Source: Octopus bimaculoides (Eukaryota). Taken from it: 64,000 bases of DNA. The notes under the pieces are model-generated. The model was not told the DNA's origin. It was given only the letters and a program-made list of their open reading frames with translations, and made no database searches. The DNA is taken from positions 102,814,171 to 102,878,170 of the forward strand of contig NC_068987.1 in the NCBI RefSeq assembly GCF_001194135.2. Reading direction: 5' to 3'. Made by a program: the position numbers and the translations under genes. Positions 1-13,659 of this stretch are shown here, one piece after another (positions within the stretch are counted from its first letter, which is position 1; each line of letters begins with the position of its first letter).

Positions 1-142
1 TTGCTTACCAACCACATGGTTCTGGGTTCAAACCCACTGCGTGGCATCTTGGGCAGGTGTCTTCTACTATAGCCTCGGGCCGACCAAAGCCTTGTGAGTG
101 GATTTGGTAGACGGAAACTGAAAGAAGCCTGTCGTATATATG
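1..142 (+). mobile_element. tRNA-derived SINE, family A (5' end cut by window edge)
   Basis: B-box-like GGGTTCAAACCC at about 25-36. The body CTTCTACTATAGCCTCGGGCCGACCAAAGCCTTGTGAGTGGATTTGGTAGACGGAAACTG recurs at 1147, 36113 (minus) and 51781, and ends in a (TA)n tail. Confidence 0.85.
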
Positions 143-269
143 NNNNNNNNNNNNNNNNNNNNNNNNNNNNNNNNNNNNNNNNNNNNNNNNNNNNNNNNNN
201 NNNNNNNNNNNNNNNNNATATATATATATATATATATATATACATACACACGAAGGTGCGTGTAGTGAG

Positions 270-458
270 TAATTTTGTGCTAAACAACCTGCTCAGATTT
301 GTTGCTAGCTCAGTTGCTCCGTAAGTTCAGTATTGTCAGTACATGTAGACAGTGTCACACTTTTTCCTAGAACACAATGTGTCGCCAAGTTTGGGAATTA
401 AGCCCACGATCTTATCATTCTGATGTAACATCCTAGCCATTAGGCTATGCGCCCTCAC
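270..458 (-). mobile_element. Degenerate tRNA-derived SINE, family B
   Basis: The reverse complement starts GTGAGGGCGCATAGCCTAATGGCTAGGATGTT...GATCGTGGGCTTAATTCCCAAACTTGGCGACACATTGTGTTCT, which aligns by eye with the copy at 23301. Confidence 0.6.
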
Positions 459-746
459 TATTTATATATATAAACTTCATTTATTTATGTACTGAAAACA
501 CCACATAAGATGTGCAATGAAAATGTACTCCTCAGCTGCATAATGGAATTTGATTTCTTATGTGGTGTTCTCAGTACATAAATAAATGAAGTTTGTACGA
601 AACGTACGTGCTGCTATAACCTATTGAATTTTTGTCGTTTTCTTCAAATTTTATTCACCAAATCTCTTGATTTTGTTTTTGATTTTACCCTACCAAATTC
701 TGGTGCCTCAAACATTTTAAGTAACACATTTAATCTTTTGATTAAA

Positions 747-781
<35 letters not shown>

Positions 782-1146
782 NNNNNNNNNNNNNNNNNNN
801 NNNNNNNNNNNNNNNNNNNNNNNNNNNNNNNNNNNNNNNNNNNNNNNNNNNNNNNNNNNNNNNNNNNNNNNNNNNNNNNNNNNNNNNNNNNNNNNNNNNN
901 NNNNNNNNNNNNNNNNNNNNNNNNNNNNNNNNNNNNNNNNNNNNNNNNNNNNNNNNNNNNNNNNNNNNNNNNNNNNNNNNNNNNNNNNNNNNNNNNNNNN
1001 NNNNNNNNNNNNNNNNNNNNNNNNNNNNNNNNNNNNNNNNNNNNNNNNNNNNNNNNNNNNNNNNNNNNNNNNNNNNNNNNNNNNNNNNNNNNNNNNNNNN
1101 NNNNNNNNNNNNNNNNNNNNNNNNNNNNNNNNNNNNNNNNNNNNNN

Positions 1147-1236
1147 GCAAATGTCTTCTACTATGGCTTCGGGACGACCAAAGCCTTGTGAGTGGATTTG
1201 GTAGACGGGAACTGCAAGAAGCCTGTCGTATATATA
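1147..1236 (+). mobile_element. SINE family A, 3' half (5' part in gap)
   Basis: Near-identical to 57-142, followed by (TA)n and (TG)n. Confidence 0.85.
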
Positions 1237-1778
1237 TACTTGTGTGTGTGTGGGGGGGGGGGCATATGTATGCATGCACATTCTAATTTTTAGGAAGGAG
1301 GGAAGGGTACGGTGATAACTTGGCTGAAAGGGCTCGGAGATTGCTGCGAAGAAAGGTGGAAGATATCCTGAAACCGGAGACGTGGAAATAGTGCTTGGGA
1401 AAAGACTAGGCTTCATCAAATTCGATCTAGGTTGCTTTGGCAATGCTAAACCAGATGACAGTTTAAGTTTACAGCAATCCAATATGTACATGAGTACATC
1501 TGTGTATATGCGTGATCGCAGGCGCGTGTGTGTGGTCATGTGTCCGTGTGTAAATCCGTGTCCTTGAATTTGAATTTTCATTCGCGTTCGAATATCAAAT
1601 TCATATTTACATCTTAGTTTACTTTGGTATTTTGATATCACGTTATGAAAATATCTCTGAAACTTCGGTGTAACCAATAAGCACAAACAATTGCATGAAC
1701 TCAGAAAACGCTACAAATGTTTCAGCCGTTGTTGTTGTCTCTGTAGATTGCATAAATGACAAAGAAAGCTATCAAAGT

Positions 1779-1813
<35 letters not shown>

Positions 1814-1955
1814 ACAGAGGATGAGAGAGAAAACGAGAGGGAGAGGGAAAGATTAAGAGACAGACGGATACAGAAAGACAGATAGGGTGGGAAGGAGAGA
1901 GAGAGAGAAATGGTGAGAGTCAATTGTCAGTGTAAGTATTTATATATATGCGTGT

Positions 1956-1997
<42 letters not shown>

Positions 1998-2464
1998 NNN
2001 NNNNNNNNNNNNNNNNNNNNNNNNNNNNNNNNNNNNNNNNNNNNNNNNNNNNNNNNNNNNNNNNNNNNNNNNNNNNNNNNNNNNNNNNNNNNNNNNNNNN
2101 NNNNNNNNNNNNNNNNNNNNNNNNNNNNNNNNNNNNNNNNNNNNNNNNNNNNNNNNNNNNNNNNNNNNNNNNNNNNNNNNNNNNNNNNNNNNNNNNNNNN
2201 NNNNNNNNNNNNNNNNNNNNNNNNNNNNNNNNNNNNNNNNNNNNNNNNNNNNNNNNNNNNNNNNNNTATATATATATATATATTTGTGTGATTCAGAAAC
2301 AAGCGTTGAGGAGGTAATTTTGTCAACCTTAGACTGAGAGAAAATACAAAGAGAGACAGAGAACTTGAATAGCTCAGTATAAAATGATACAAGATAGGCT
2401 GAAGCTACTAAAGGAGAACAGAATGAAAGACAGAGCATGAAAAAGAGACTGGGAAGAGAGAAAC

Positions 2465-2502
<38 letters not shown>

Positions 2503-3029
2503 AGAGAGAAAGAGAGAGAGAGACGGGGCAAGAAAGAGAGACGAAAAAGTGGGGGGATAAATTGGGTGGAAACGGTAGAAGGAGAAGCTGAATAAGTAAA
2601 TGTGAAAAAGAATGTGAGGGGTAGAGAAGAGGGAGGTAGAGACAGAGGAGTAATTTTGTTAATGGATCTTTTAAAAGATCACATTCTGTACAACTTATTT
2701 GATAAAAACAAAACAGTTAAAATACAAGACATAATATAATAATATCAACAAGCGCAACAACAATAACACCAAGAAAATCAACGAAGACAATATCAGCCAC
2801 TAACAAATTCAACTAAAACAACAAAGCCAATAAATCAACAAAAATAACCACATCGAGTAAATCATCAACAACAACAACAGCGACAACTACAACAACAACA
2901 ACAACAATAGCGTCCGCAACAAATAATGAAGACAAAGTGAAATAAATGGGAAAGTAGTTTTGCCAAAAGACAGATTCCTTATTAAATCACCATCAAATAG
3001 ATTCTGTTGGAGCATCAACCTTTATCGTC

Positions 3030-3600
3030 AGCCTGACACCTTCATTGAACAGCCATTTTGATGTGATGTGTTAGAAGAAACGTTAATAGTGACTGTGTAT
3101 TGGCTAATAATGTTGTTGCTTGCTGTAGAGGTGGTGGTGATGGGTGCGTTGGTGCTGGGAGCGCTGGCTGTGTATATGGCGGTGATGATCATCGTGATGC
3201 TACCGCTTGTATTGTCGTTCCTGCTTTTGCTCTTGTTTTTCTTGTTGTTGGTGGTGGTGGTGGTAGCGGTGGTGCTACTGGTTGTGTTGGTGGTAGTCGA
3301 CTTCATCGTCCGTTGCGGTGATGCTGGCTAGTGCTGGCGGTGGTGATGTTCACTGGTGGCACTAGGGATGGTTAAGGGAATGCTGTCCGGTGATCGTTGT
3401 ATTATTCTTGGTGTATACGGTTTTTTGTAATTGTTAATGGTATTTGTGGTCATTGAGATCTTTACTGTCCTACGAGTCGTGGCGGTGGTGTTGGCAATGG
3501 TGGTAACGCTGATGTGGTGATGGTGTTGTTGTTGGTGGTGGTGGTGTCTTTGATAATAAATGCGGTGACGATGGTGGTTAATGTACTGGATAGTAAAACT
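3030..3600. repeat. Low-complexity GTT/GGT/GAT trinucleotide-rich tract
   Basis: Imperfect GTT/GGT runs; all overlapping ORFs are poly-V/L/T artefacts. Confidence 0.75.
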
Positions 3601-3788
3601 ATTGGTGTGTGTTCTATTTAGCCCAAAGTCAACACTCATTGAGTAGAATGGTAATTCTGATGCTACCAGACTATAGCCGTCTTTTATCCAGGCATATATT
3701 ATCCAATATTGATGTCTGTTTTTTTCTTTCTTTCTTTCTTTTTCTTTTTTTGCTATTATTACATTATTTATATTTATATTAATATTTA

Positions 3789-4465
3789 GGATTTATTTTA
3801 AAACGGGGGCGCCAGTATTTTCTTAACGAAACACTAACGAAACACTTTGAAACTTGGGACACTGGTAGAATGTGTCATATAAAACATCTTTTACTCTTAG
3901 TCTTCTTAACAAAAAAAAAAAGGAATTCGCAAGTTATTCCATGTAAAAGTTGTCGTATTTCTGTAATTTCAACCAATCACTGACGTCTATTCAGCTGAAT
4001 AGAGTTTACTGCTGGGCGGTCATAAAAATGTTATTCCCCGTGACATATTTCATCCGGTTTAATCGTAATTTATATGCATATATTGTTTATATAATAAATT
4101 ACGCTGTGCGTATCTATGTGTGTAACAATTTTAGAGTTCGGATTCTCGAGTTAGGGTTAGTTTTAGGGTTAGGGTTACGGTTACGGTTACGGTTAACAGT
4201 CTAGGTAGGGTTAGTGTTACGGTTAGGGGATTAATACGATATACACCGTTACAGCGCTAACTGTTTTCAACTGAATAGACGTTAGTGATTAGTAGAAATT
4301 ATCGAAATAAGACAATTTTTTACATGAAATAAATTCGAATACAAAAATATTTTTCTGTTCTATAACACAAAATAGATAAGTATACGAAGTTTGAAAGTCT
4401 TTCCGTACCAAAAACACTACTTAAAACATAAATGAAAACTGGCGCCCCCGTTTTGAAATAGATCC
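3789..4465. mobile_element. Non-autonomous DNA transposon (fold-back/MITE) with GG...CC termini and an 8-bp TSD; Merlin-like is the best guess
   Basis: Terminal IR GGATTTATTTTAAAACGGGGGCGCCAGT (3789-3816) vs ACTGGCGCCCCCGTTTTGAAATAGATCC (4438-4465), 26/28 match. AATATTTA lies directly on both sides (3781-3788 and 4466-4473). A second inner IR lies at about 3925-4002 / 4263-4340. Confidence 0.9.
4150..4229 (+). repeat. Interstitial telomere-like hexamer array (TTAGGG/TTACGG) inside the fold-back element
   Basis: GTTAGGGTTAGTTTTAGGGTTAGGGTTACGGTTACGGTTACGGTTAACAGTCTAGGTAGGGTTAGTGTTACGGTTAGGGG. Confidence 0.9.
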
Positions 4466-5322
4466 AATATTTATATATTTACAAGATAAATGTGTGGTTT
4501 GATGGATGCTTGGCTGTTCTTTCTAGTAGGTCGGTGGACCACGTAGAGATCCCCTCATTAAGCGGAGATAGATTTTTGGGTATGGCGGTGGTGCTGTTGT
4601 TGGTGTTACTGGTGCTGCTGGGTATGGCGTTGGAAAGGTTGCTGGTTGTGGTGACACGCTTGCTGTCGATCGGCAATTATTTTGATGATTTAGGAGATAG
4701 AATGTGTCTTATTGAATTTTGTTGTAATAGTATAACAACAGTGACATTGGGTTTGGCTACCGTAATAGCATTCGTCGCAATGAAGGAAATAACGTAAAAA
4801 AGAATAGCGCTTTACCAGACGGAATTGAAGGTTTTAGTGTTTGATATTTGGCATTTCAGGTGATATTGATTGCGTTAATGATGATGCAGTCGCTTGCATA
4901 GTTGTTGGTGTTAATAGCATTGCTGTTGGCCATGTTGATATTGTTCACGGTGACAGGAATGCAACATGGCGTTGTCGTTCTGGTTATGCTGTTCACAATT
5001 GTGTTAGTGGTTTTAGTAGCGCTACTGCGATAGTTTCATTGTTTATGTTATTCTTCTTCTTCTGGTTACTGTTGTTGTTGTTTAATCATTTTGGGTCTCC
5101 TATTCAGAAGACCAACATTAATATGCGTCGAAGATGAAATTCATGTTGTTTCCTTTATTATTATTTTTTTCTTGAAGTAGAGTAGACCACACCACATTTA
5201 TATACATGTGTTCCATATTAAGACGGCAAGGTGGCGTGTTGATAATAATGCCAATCGTGAACATAGATTACGTAGAGATATTGATGGCAACACATATGTA
5301 TGTGATAGAGTTTCCATGTATG

Positions 5323-5362
<40 letters not shown>

Positions 5363-6256
5363 TGCGTGTGTGTATATGTTATGTATATTTATATGTATAT
5401 ATATATATATGTGTGTGTGTGTATGTATGTATGTATGTATGTATGTATGTATGTATGAATATATTTATATATATATATATATAGTGTACTGTTCCGTGAT
5501 GGTAAGATCTACAAAGAAGTACTCCATGCACACACTCAGAAACTCACACATAAATATACATGATTAATTAAAAGAACAAACAATTAAACCGAACGTGAGT
5601 ACGTGCACAAGCTATATATTACATCCCTCCGTGAAAGGAGAGAGTTGTTAACGTTTCATGCATAGCTCTTCGTCGGAAAGAGTACAGTCTATATATTTAT
5701 TTTNNNNNNNNNNNNNNNNNNNNNNNNNNNNNNNNNNNNNNNNNNNNNNNNNNNNNNNNNNNNNNNNNNNNNNNNNNNNNNNNNNNNNNNNNNNNNNNNN
5801 NNNNNNNNNNNNNNNNNNNNNNNNNNNNNNNNNNNNNNNNNNNNNNNNNNNNNNNNNNNNNNNNNNNNNNNNNNNNNNNNNNNNNNNNNNNNNNNNNNNN
5901 NNNNNNNNNNNNNNNNNNNNNNNNNNNNNNNNNNNNNNNNNNNNNNNNNNNNNNNNNNNNNNNNNNNNNNNNNNNNNNNNNNNNNNNNNNNNNNNNNNNN
6001 NNNNNNNNNNNNNNNNNNNNNNNNNNNNNNNNNNNNNNNNNNNNNNNNNNNNNNNNNNNNNNNNNNNNNNNNNNNNNNNNNNNNNNNNNNNNNNNNNNNN
6101 NNNNNNNNNNNNNNNNNNNNNNNNNNNNNNNNNNNNNNNNNNNNNNNNNNNNNNNNNNNNNNNNNNNNNNNNNNNNNNNNNNNNNNNNNNNNNNNNNNNN
6201 NNNNNNNNNNNNNNNNNNNNNNNNNNNNNNNNNNNNNNNNNNNNNNNNNNNNNNNN

Positions 6257-6324
<68 letters not shown>

Positions 6325-8484
6325 GAGATGTACTTTGTCAAAAATGCGTGATCCGCAATGAAGCTGAAACAGTTACATCGTCACAGAACCAGCTTAACTA
6401 TTTAAAAGCACCTAAAAGCTGCAGAATCATATGTTTATTAACTTCTGCACGATCAAAATTTTCGTTGCTCAATTGTGACTGGTTCTGACACTAACAGTAA
6501 AAAAAAAATCTAAAATCAAGTTAATGGCCATTTCTCAAATGTCTAAAATTTGTTCAAATTACGCATATAACGGTCTCTGGTATTGAATTTCCATTGAGGT
6601 GACCTCTTGACATTAGTCATCAATCGGTCATCGTTACTCATTTTCAGACACCATGCAATTGTCTGTTTATAATCTTTAGTCATGCCATTGTTGTCATTCT
6701 ATAGATTTACGCCTTAATTTCTTCTTCCATTTATACACATAACACGTTCACTATGTAAAAGCATAAGCTATTTTGGTACACATCTGTTTTGTGATGAAAG
6801 TCACTCGAAAAAAACATTCCTGTTATGTAGATTAAAGTTTATTTTAAACGTGTCCTAAACAAAGAAAAGAAAGTTTGGCGTATTCAAATCTAAAAATGGT
6901 GTCAAAATATTTATATGCATCTGCATTTGCTAACTTATGTGCATAAACGTATTTCGTATGTGTTTATATATATATATATATATATATACATATACACACA
7001 CACATATATATATAAATATATATATGTATATATATATATANNNNNNNNNNNNNNNNNNNNNNNNNNNNNNNNNNNNNNNNNNNNNNNNNNNNNNNNNNNN
7101 NNNNNNNNNNNNNNNNNNNNNNNNNNNNNNNNNNNNNNNNNNNNNNNNNNNNNNNNNNNNNNNNNNNNNNNNNNNNNNNNNNNNNNNNNNNNNNNNNNNN
7201 NNNNNNNNNNNNNNNNNNNNNNNNNNCCAGAGAAGAGAGAGAAACGTCCAGACGGAAGGAAGGAGTCTAAGATTATATATAAATGTGTGTTTGTGTGCGT
7301 CTATATGTGTGGGGGGTTGGTGTGTGTGTAGGTGTGCGTGTTTGTGTGTGTGCGTATGTGCGTGTGTGTGTGTGTGTGTGTGTGTTGTTTGTGTGTGTGT
7401 GTGTGTGTGTGTGTACTTTTATATGTCCACGTATATATACATGTGCATATATATATATATATATGTGCAAAAATATACTAAGTGCGGTATAGGAAATATG
7501 CTTTTCTGTGCATTTCCTTGTTAGTAAGGTAAAGATAAATGCCGACATATTGAATGCACCACTGCAAAATAAATTTAAATAATAAATAAATAAATAAATA
7601 CATCTACCGATAAAACTGTAAGTTCTTGTGAGGAGAACTGCATTTTTCGCTCCAAGAAATTTTTGAATCTATGATGTTATCCAATCAAAAACTCTTTAGC
7701 CATATACCATTTTCAAAGTACCAGCTCCGTATATAATTTGCAAATACTAACCTAAATACTACATGTTGTACCACAGAAGCATATATTTTATGTGTCATAT
7801 CTTGTACACTAGAATATGCTCTCCACTAAAAACTGCAGTGTACATTAAAATAATTATCACTATATGCATTGTTATTTACACAACAACGCTCATTACTTTA
7901 TACAATGAAAGATAGTATACAAAATTTATTACTATAACCAATACAATAAACATATATAGGTCGCTACATATACGAAAATATGTACTAAAATGTATACAAC
8001 CTCTATTTTATTCTCGACTGTAATTTACAATAAAACGTACAGTAAATTCCACCATTTTATGTTTATCATTCTATATACAGTAACGAATAACGACGTTCTA
8101 GATCGAGCAGCATATGTTTGAATTCACATCTTACCATCTTTGTAAATTCTATTGTCTGTGAAGAAAATACGGTATTTACAGGCAGAACAATATTCATCAT
8201 ATGACTCCTTCATTAAGTGTATCTGATCAAATATTTAGTAAAAACTCCATCCTGCACCAGCTATCTCAAGAGGTGAATGGAGATTAAAAGATGGTTTAAA
8301 AAGAACAGACCTGTAGGGACCTCGCTTCGCCCTGCCTGAGATTTGAAACCAAATCTGCCCGCTTGTTGTTTGTCAAAACAAACGAGAAGTCCTCTCTACA
8401 TCAGATGTTTGATGGGAAAACACTTGACCGCCAAGGACCTGTGCTGGTCAAATAAAGGTTTGACCTACATTACTAACCATTGTC

Positions 8485-8515
8485 TATATAACAGGTAGAA
8501 TTTCCTATCACTTTC
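8485..8515 (+). promoter_or_regulatory. Possible TATA + initiator core promoter
   Basis: TATATAA at 8485-8491 and TCACTTT (matches YYANWYY) with its A at 8510, inside a repeat-free, GC-elevated island. Motif match only. Confidence 0.15.
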
Positions 8516-11082
8516 TCTTTTGTGTCAGCCAGACCAAGGCGCAACACCGTCTTTTGCGTCAGCCATGATCAAGAGCAGAACTTTCCATCGTCCTTCGCTT
8601 GACATAAAAAGCAAAAAAAAAAAAAGACGCTGCCCCCTTTATCCTTTCTTCCTTTCTAGTTAGCACCGTGCATTCCTCTTTCACTCTCTGCTGACAGACA
8701 GCAACTTCTACACCATCGCCTATTAACCATCGAGGCAACTTTGTCACTATTACTAGAATTGCTATTGTCTCTTTAACAACCTGTTGAACAAACGAATAAA
8801 TATATTTAAATAATATTTTTTCCTTCTTAGTGTTGATTCTTCGATGTTCACTGGTTACTCCGACGCGAGAACCTTTAAGCGTTACATCTACACTCTACAT
8901 TCGGTAGTGGGCTACACCATATCGATATGATATAGTACATCACATTCAGCCCACTACAGGCTTATAACTATTACCCCTATTGTTAAATCTATCTCGATAG
9001 TTGCCCCTTTTCCATTGAACATAATACTGTGATTTATTGGTTATATAGCACTTCTCGGATTCTCACAACCATTCACACCATTCACAACCATTCACACCAT
9101 TCTTCACTTATATTTACTTAGAATGTTCTGGAGTAACGATCTAATTAATCATTGAGTAATGATCAGTTTAAACGATTTTTATTTAATCACATCTAACGGT
9201 GTGCTCTGAAGTTACTTCCGATTCTTGTAACTTTCGTTCTACTTTCCTTATGGGCAACAGTCGAGTTCAAACTTTGAAAAGTGCAACAATGCGTTTCATT
9301 ATCAAAAAGGACAATATCTTGCACCTAGAAACCATCGACCAATTTAACACCTCGAGTGGAACGAAGGCTGTTTTAAAAACAACCAGTGCATGCATTTTTT
9401 GATGTAAGTGTATGAAGAGGCGGTAGGAGACTGACCAATTGATAACACCAAGATATCTTACTCCATAAACGAAGTACAACATTTAGAGAATGAAGCAAGC
9501 ACTAAGTAATAATGTTTATTTAGAGACAAGTGTCGCCTGCGAACGGGAATGGCTTGTAAGGTGTACCACGCTCTTACTACTTGTTGCAAGTGTGTATATA
9601 GCCGCGAGCACTCAAAAACAACCTCCATCACTTGATCCAGCAGCACATCCATATGGCAGCTGCAGTGAGAAAATTTTATATCATCATTCGGGTGGGACTA
9701 ATTTTCAACTGAGTAGGATGGAGCAAAGTGAAATGAAGAGCCTTGCTCTAGGTCACGACGTGATGTCCGCTTCAATAATTGAAGTTACAATATTATGTTC
9801 CTAGGCTGAACACGCTAACCAGTAGGCCACGTACTTGCACTTTTACGTGATACTAACAGCAAATAAGATTTCCAAACAGTCACACATCTAACTATGAACT
9901 GGTCCATGACCTTATTTAACTTCGGTGACCGGTCAAGAGCCGGTGCATTCAAAGTGATATGGCCGAAAGCAACAACGTGTATGCTAGCAAAGAGATAGAC
10001 CAAAACCCATCGAAAATTAAACTAACATACAACGCAATGCATACATCACGTTCTGACCCATTAAATAAACACAAACCATATATAATGGGTATTATATGAA
10101 TCAAATGCATTGAAACTATAAAGGAGATGAACAAACAAATTAACAAAAGCCTCTTAAAAGAAAAGAGAAAATGCTTTGCATCAAACGGTAATCTAATAAA
10201 ATAATTTTACTACAAAAACAAAAGATTAACAACTTCCTCATCAATAATAAAACACAAGCTTGTAAGACTGAGAACAAGCTATTAATGATCAACTTTATTT
10301 ACGAATTTTACTGAAAACGGAATTATCGTAAACATCATTATTCTAACTGCTATGTTTTCCATTTCCAGTAGGACAATCTTCCGTCATGCACTTACAACAG
10401 ACAGTAATTATAATGTTCTACAGTACTCAACGCAAAGGGAAACTAAATAGGAGAGTGTCAGAAATTAGAAAACACCGCATCTATCCTATACATAATTCCC
10501 TATAAAAAATAAAAGATTAAAGAGGGAAACAATACCGCATACCTCGTCAGAACTAACATACATACACCAGCATGGTCGCAGTCTAATGACTGAAGGTATA
10601 AAAATATCACAAAATGGCTGACATCATATAAGACAAGCGGTCACATTTTGACGACAATGTTCACGCAAAATGACATTAGTCCTGTTTACCCTAAACAGGG
10701 AGCAGCACATTTCAGTCTGCCTTTCATCCAGATTTATAAAAGGTATTTGGGAACTGCATTGTCCACCAAAACTACACGGAACTCACAAAAAGAGGAGAAA
10801 AAAAACTCGAAGAATATATCTATTTTTACTGCCTATACACACGCACCATCCTCAGATACAAACACGCACGCATACATATAAATATGCACATATGCACGCA
10901 CATAATTCTATATATATGGATATAAATATATACATTCATTAGTATATATATATGTATGTGCGTGTGTGCGTATGTATACTTATATGGCATATGTGTGTAA
11001 ATATATTTATGGGTATGTATGTCTATATATATATGTCTGTTTGTGTGTGCGTGTGTGTGTGTGTGAGTGTGTGTGTGTGTGC

Positions 11083-11125
<43 letters not shown>

Positions 11126-11633
11126 TACGTACATACTTATATAGAGAAACATATACACGCACACACATATATATTTATGTTTATATATACATATATGTAT
11201 ATATATATATACATACATACTTACACACACACATACACATGTGTATATATNNNNNNNNNNNNNNNNNNNNNNNNNNNNNNNNNNNNNNNNNNNNNNNNNN
11301 NNNNNNNNNNNNNNNNNNNNNNNNNNNNNNNNNNNNNNNNNNNNNNNNNNNNNNNNNNNNNNNNNNNNNNNNNNNNNNNNNNNNNNNNNNNNNNNNNNNN
11401 NNNNNNNNNNNNNNNNNNNNNNNNNNNNNNNNNNNNNNNNNNNNNNNNNNNNNNNNNNNNNNNNNNNNNNNNNNNNNNNNNNNNNNNNNNNNNNNNNNNN
11501 NNNNNNNNNNNNNNNNNNNNNNNNNNNNNNNNNNNNNNNNNNNNNNNNNNNNNNNNNNNNNNNNNNNNNNNNNNNNNNNNNNNNNNNNNNNNNNNNNNNN
11601 NNNNNNNNNNNNNNNNNNNNNNNNNNNNNNNNN

Positions 11634-11664
<31 letters not shown>

Positions 11665-12217
11665 TACACACATATGTGAAATCATTGGTTTATTCACTAA
11701 AAAACGCTTGGTGTAATAAATGTTCTATAAAGATATAATGTTATATATATAATTGCGTGTGTGTATGTGCGTGTGTTCTGTGCGTGTATGAGTGTGTGTG
11801 TGTAGGTTTATATCTGTATATCTTGTATATATACTGCTTCATATTTACGTATCAATAAATGTTTTCCACATAGACATAGATACATACCTACGTAAACATA
11901 CAGAAAACCATACAAAAAGCAGACACGCACAATACGCACTAACACACACACACACACACACACCCACACGCATCGTTACTTATATGTGTATGTGAGCATG
12001 TGTGCATTTACATATATATAAAGAGACAGAATCATTCTCGTACAGACATTCACACAAAAATATACACACGCACACATGCTTACCTATATATAATAGATGC
12101 AGATGCATACATACATACATATATACATACTCACATACATATACATTTATGTATGTATATATATATGTGTGTGTGTGTACTCATATAGATATGTTTATAA
12201 GTACGTTATACATAGAC

Positions 12218-12291
<74 letters not shown>

Positions 12292-13283
12292 ATATGGTGT
12301 ATGTACGTGCGTACATATTTGTATATAAACACATTAAATGCAATATTATGTAACGCTTGCAGTGGTGTCTGTATTTCGCGTTGTTCGTTAAATTCTATAG
12401 CCATAATATTGAAGAGAGACATATTTCGAAGATATAAATGAAAATTCCTCTCCGATGACCGAAAACGACTGTTGAAATTACATGAAATACCATTAAAACA
12501 AAGTAGCCGGCACTTTCGTCTTTAAGTCTCTTCGTATAAAAGTTTGCAAACTTCCATTTCTGTTATTATATATCTCGTAAATTCTCTGCAGAATCTCCGA
12601 ACCATTTTGTCTCCTATTGTTGGGTAATTTTACCTCGCTCTTTGTGATTTTACTTCTTTGTTCTACAAGTATTGCGATTACTATTTATTTCGGTTTCTTC
12701 TTCTTTTCCTCTCTACTCTCTTTCGTTTCACTCTTCATCCGGTTCTTGTTCTAGTGTTTCTTCGTTGTCTCCTTTTCTACTTTCTTTACATCCTTGTTTT
12801 TCATCCAGTTCTTATTTCCTTGTCTGCGTATAATGATACTTTTATTCGGTAGCTAAAATTATGCTTATAAAATCAGAGTAAGCACAACGTATGTATGACG
12901 ATATGGACACACAATTTCATATCTAGTGATAGTAAATCTGAATTTCAACGTTGCCTGGGTCAGATTCCGTCGCTTTCAAGGAAAGACGCTCAGTCGATTA
13001 CGATTTCTTACGAATAAATAGGAGAATGATTGAAATTCGATACACGCAAACTCAGTCAGTGCTTGGAATAAAACCCACTGTGACATTAGATTCCACAACA
13101 CATCATTGTAAATGGTGGGAAAATGTGATGTAATCAAACAATTGCAGCCCAAATGGAAGAGTACTGGGCTTCAAGGGGGAAATGGAAGCGGACTGTTACT
13201 AGTAATGCAGAAGGATATCTGATAGTTTGGTGGATATACATACACACACATACACACACACACACACACATACACACACACAC

Positions 13284-13346
<63 letters not shown>

Positions 13347-13625
13347 NNNNNNNNNNNNNNNNNNNNNNNNNNNNNNNNNNNNNNNNNNNNNNNNNNNNNN
13401 NNNNNNNNNNNNNNNNNNNNNNNNNNNNNNNNNNNNNNNNNNNNNNNNNNNNNNNNNNNNNNNNNNNNNNNNNNNNNNNNNNNNNNNNNNNNNNNNNNNN
13501 NNNNNNNNNNNNNNNNNNNNNNNNNNNNNNNNNNNNNNNNNNNNNNNNNNNNNNNNNNNNNNNNNNNNNNNNNNNNNNNNNNNNNNNNNNNNNNNNNNNN
13601 NNNNNNNNNNNNNNNNNNNNNNNNN

Positions 13626-13659
<34 letters not shown>

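Noticed and set aside
1290-1480. Possible CR1-like LINE fragment on the minus strand
   Set aside because: Only faint similarity (CHLV...LDRI) with stops; no diagnostic motif.
4150-4229. True or fused telomere
   Set aside because: Short, degenerate and enclosed within a TIR element with a TSD.
9199-9804. Short ORFs in the repeat-free island and a GTAAGT donor at 9404
   Set aside because: No recognisable homology, and no long open frame leads into the donor.
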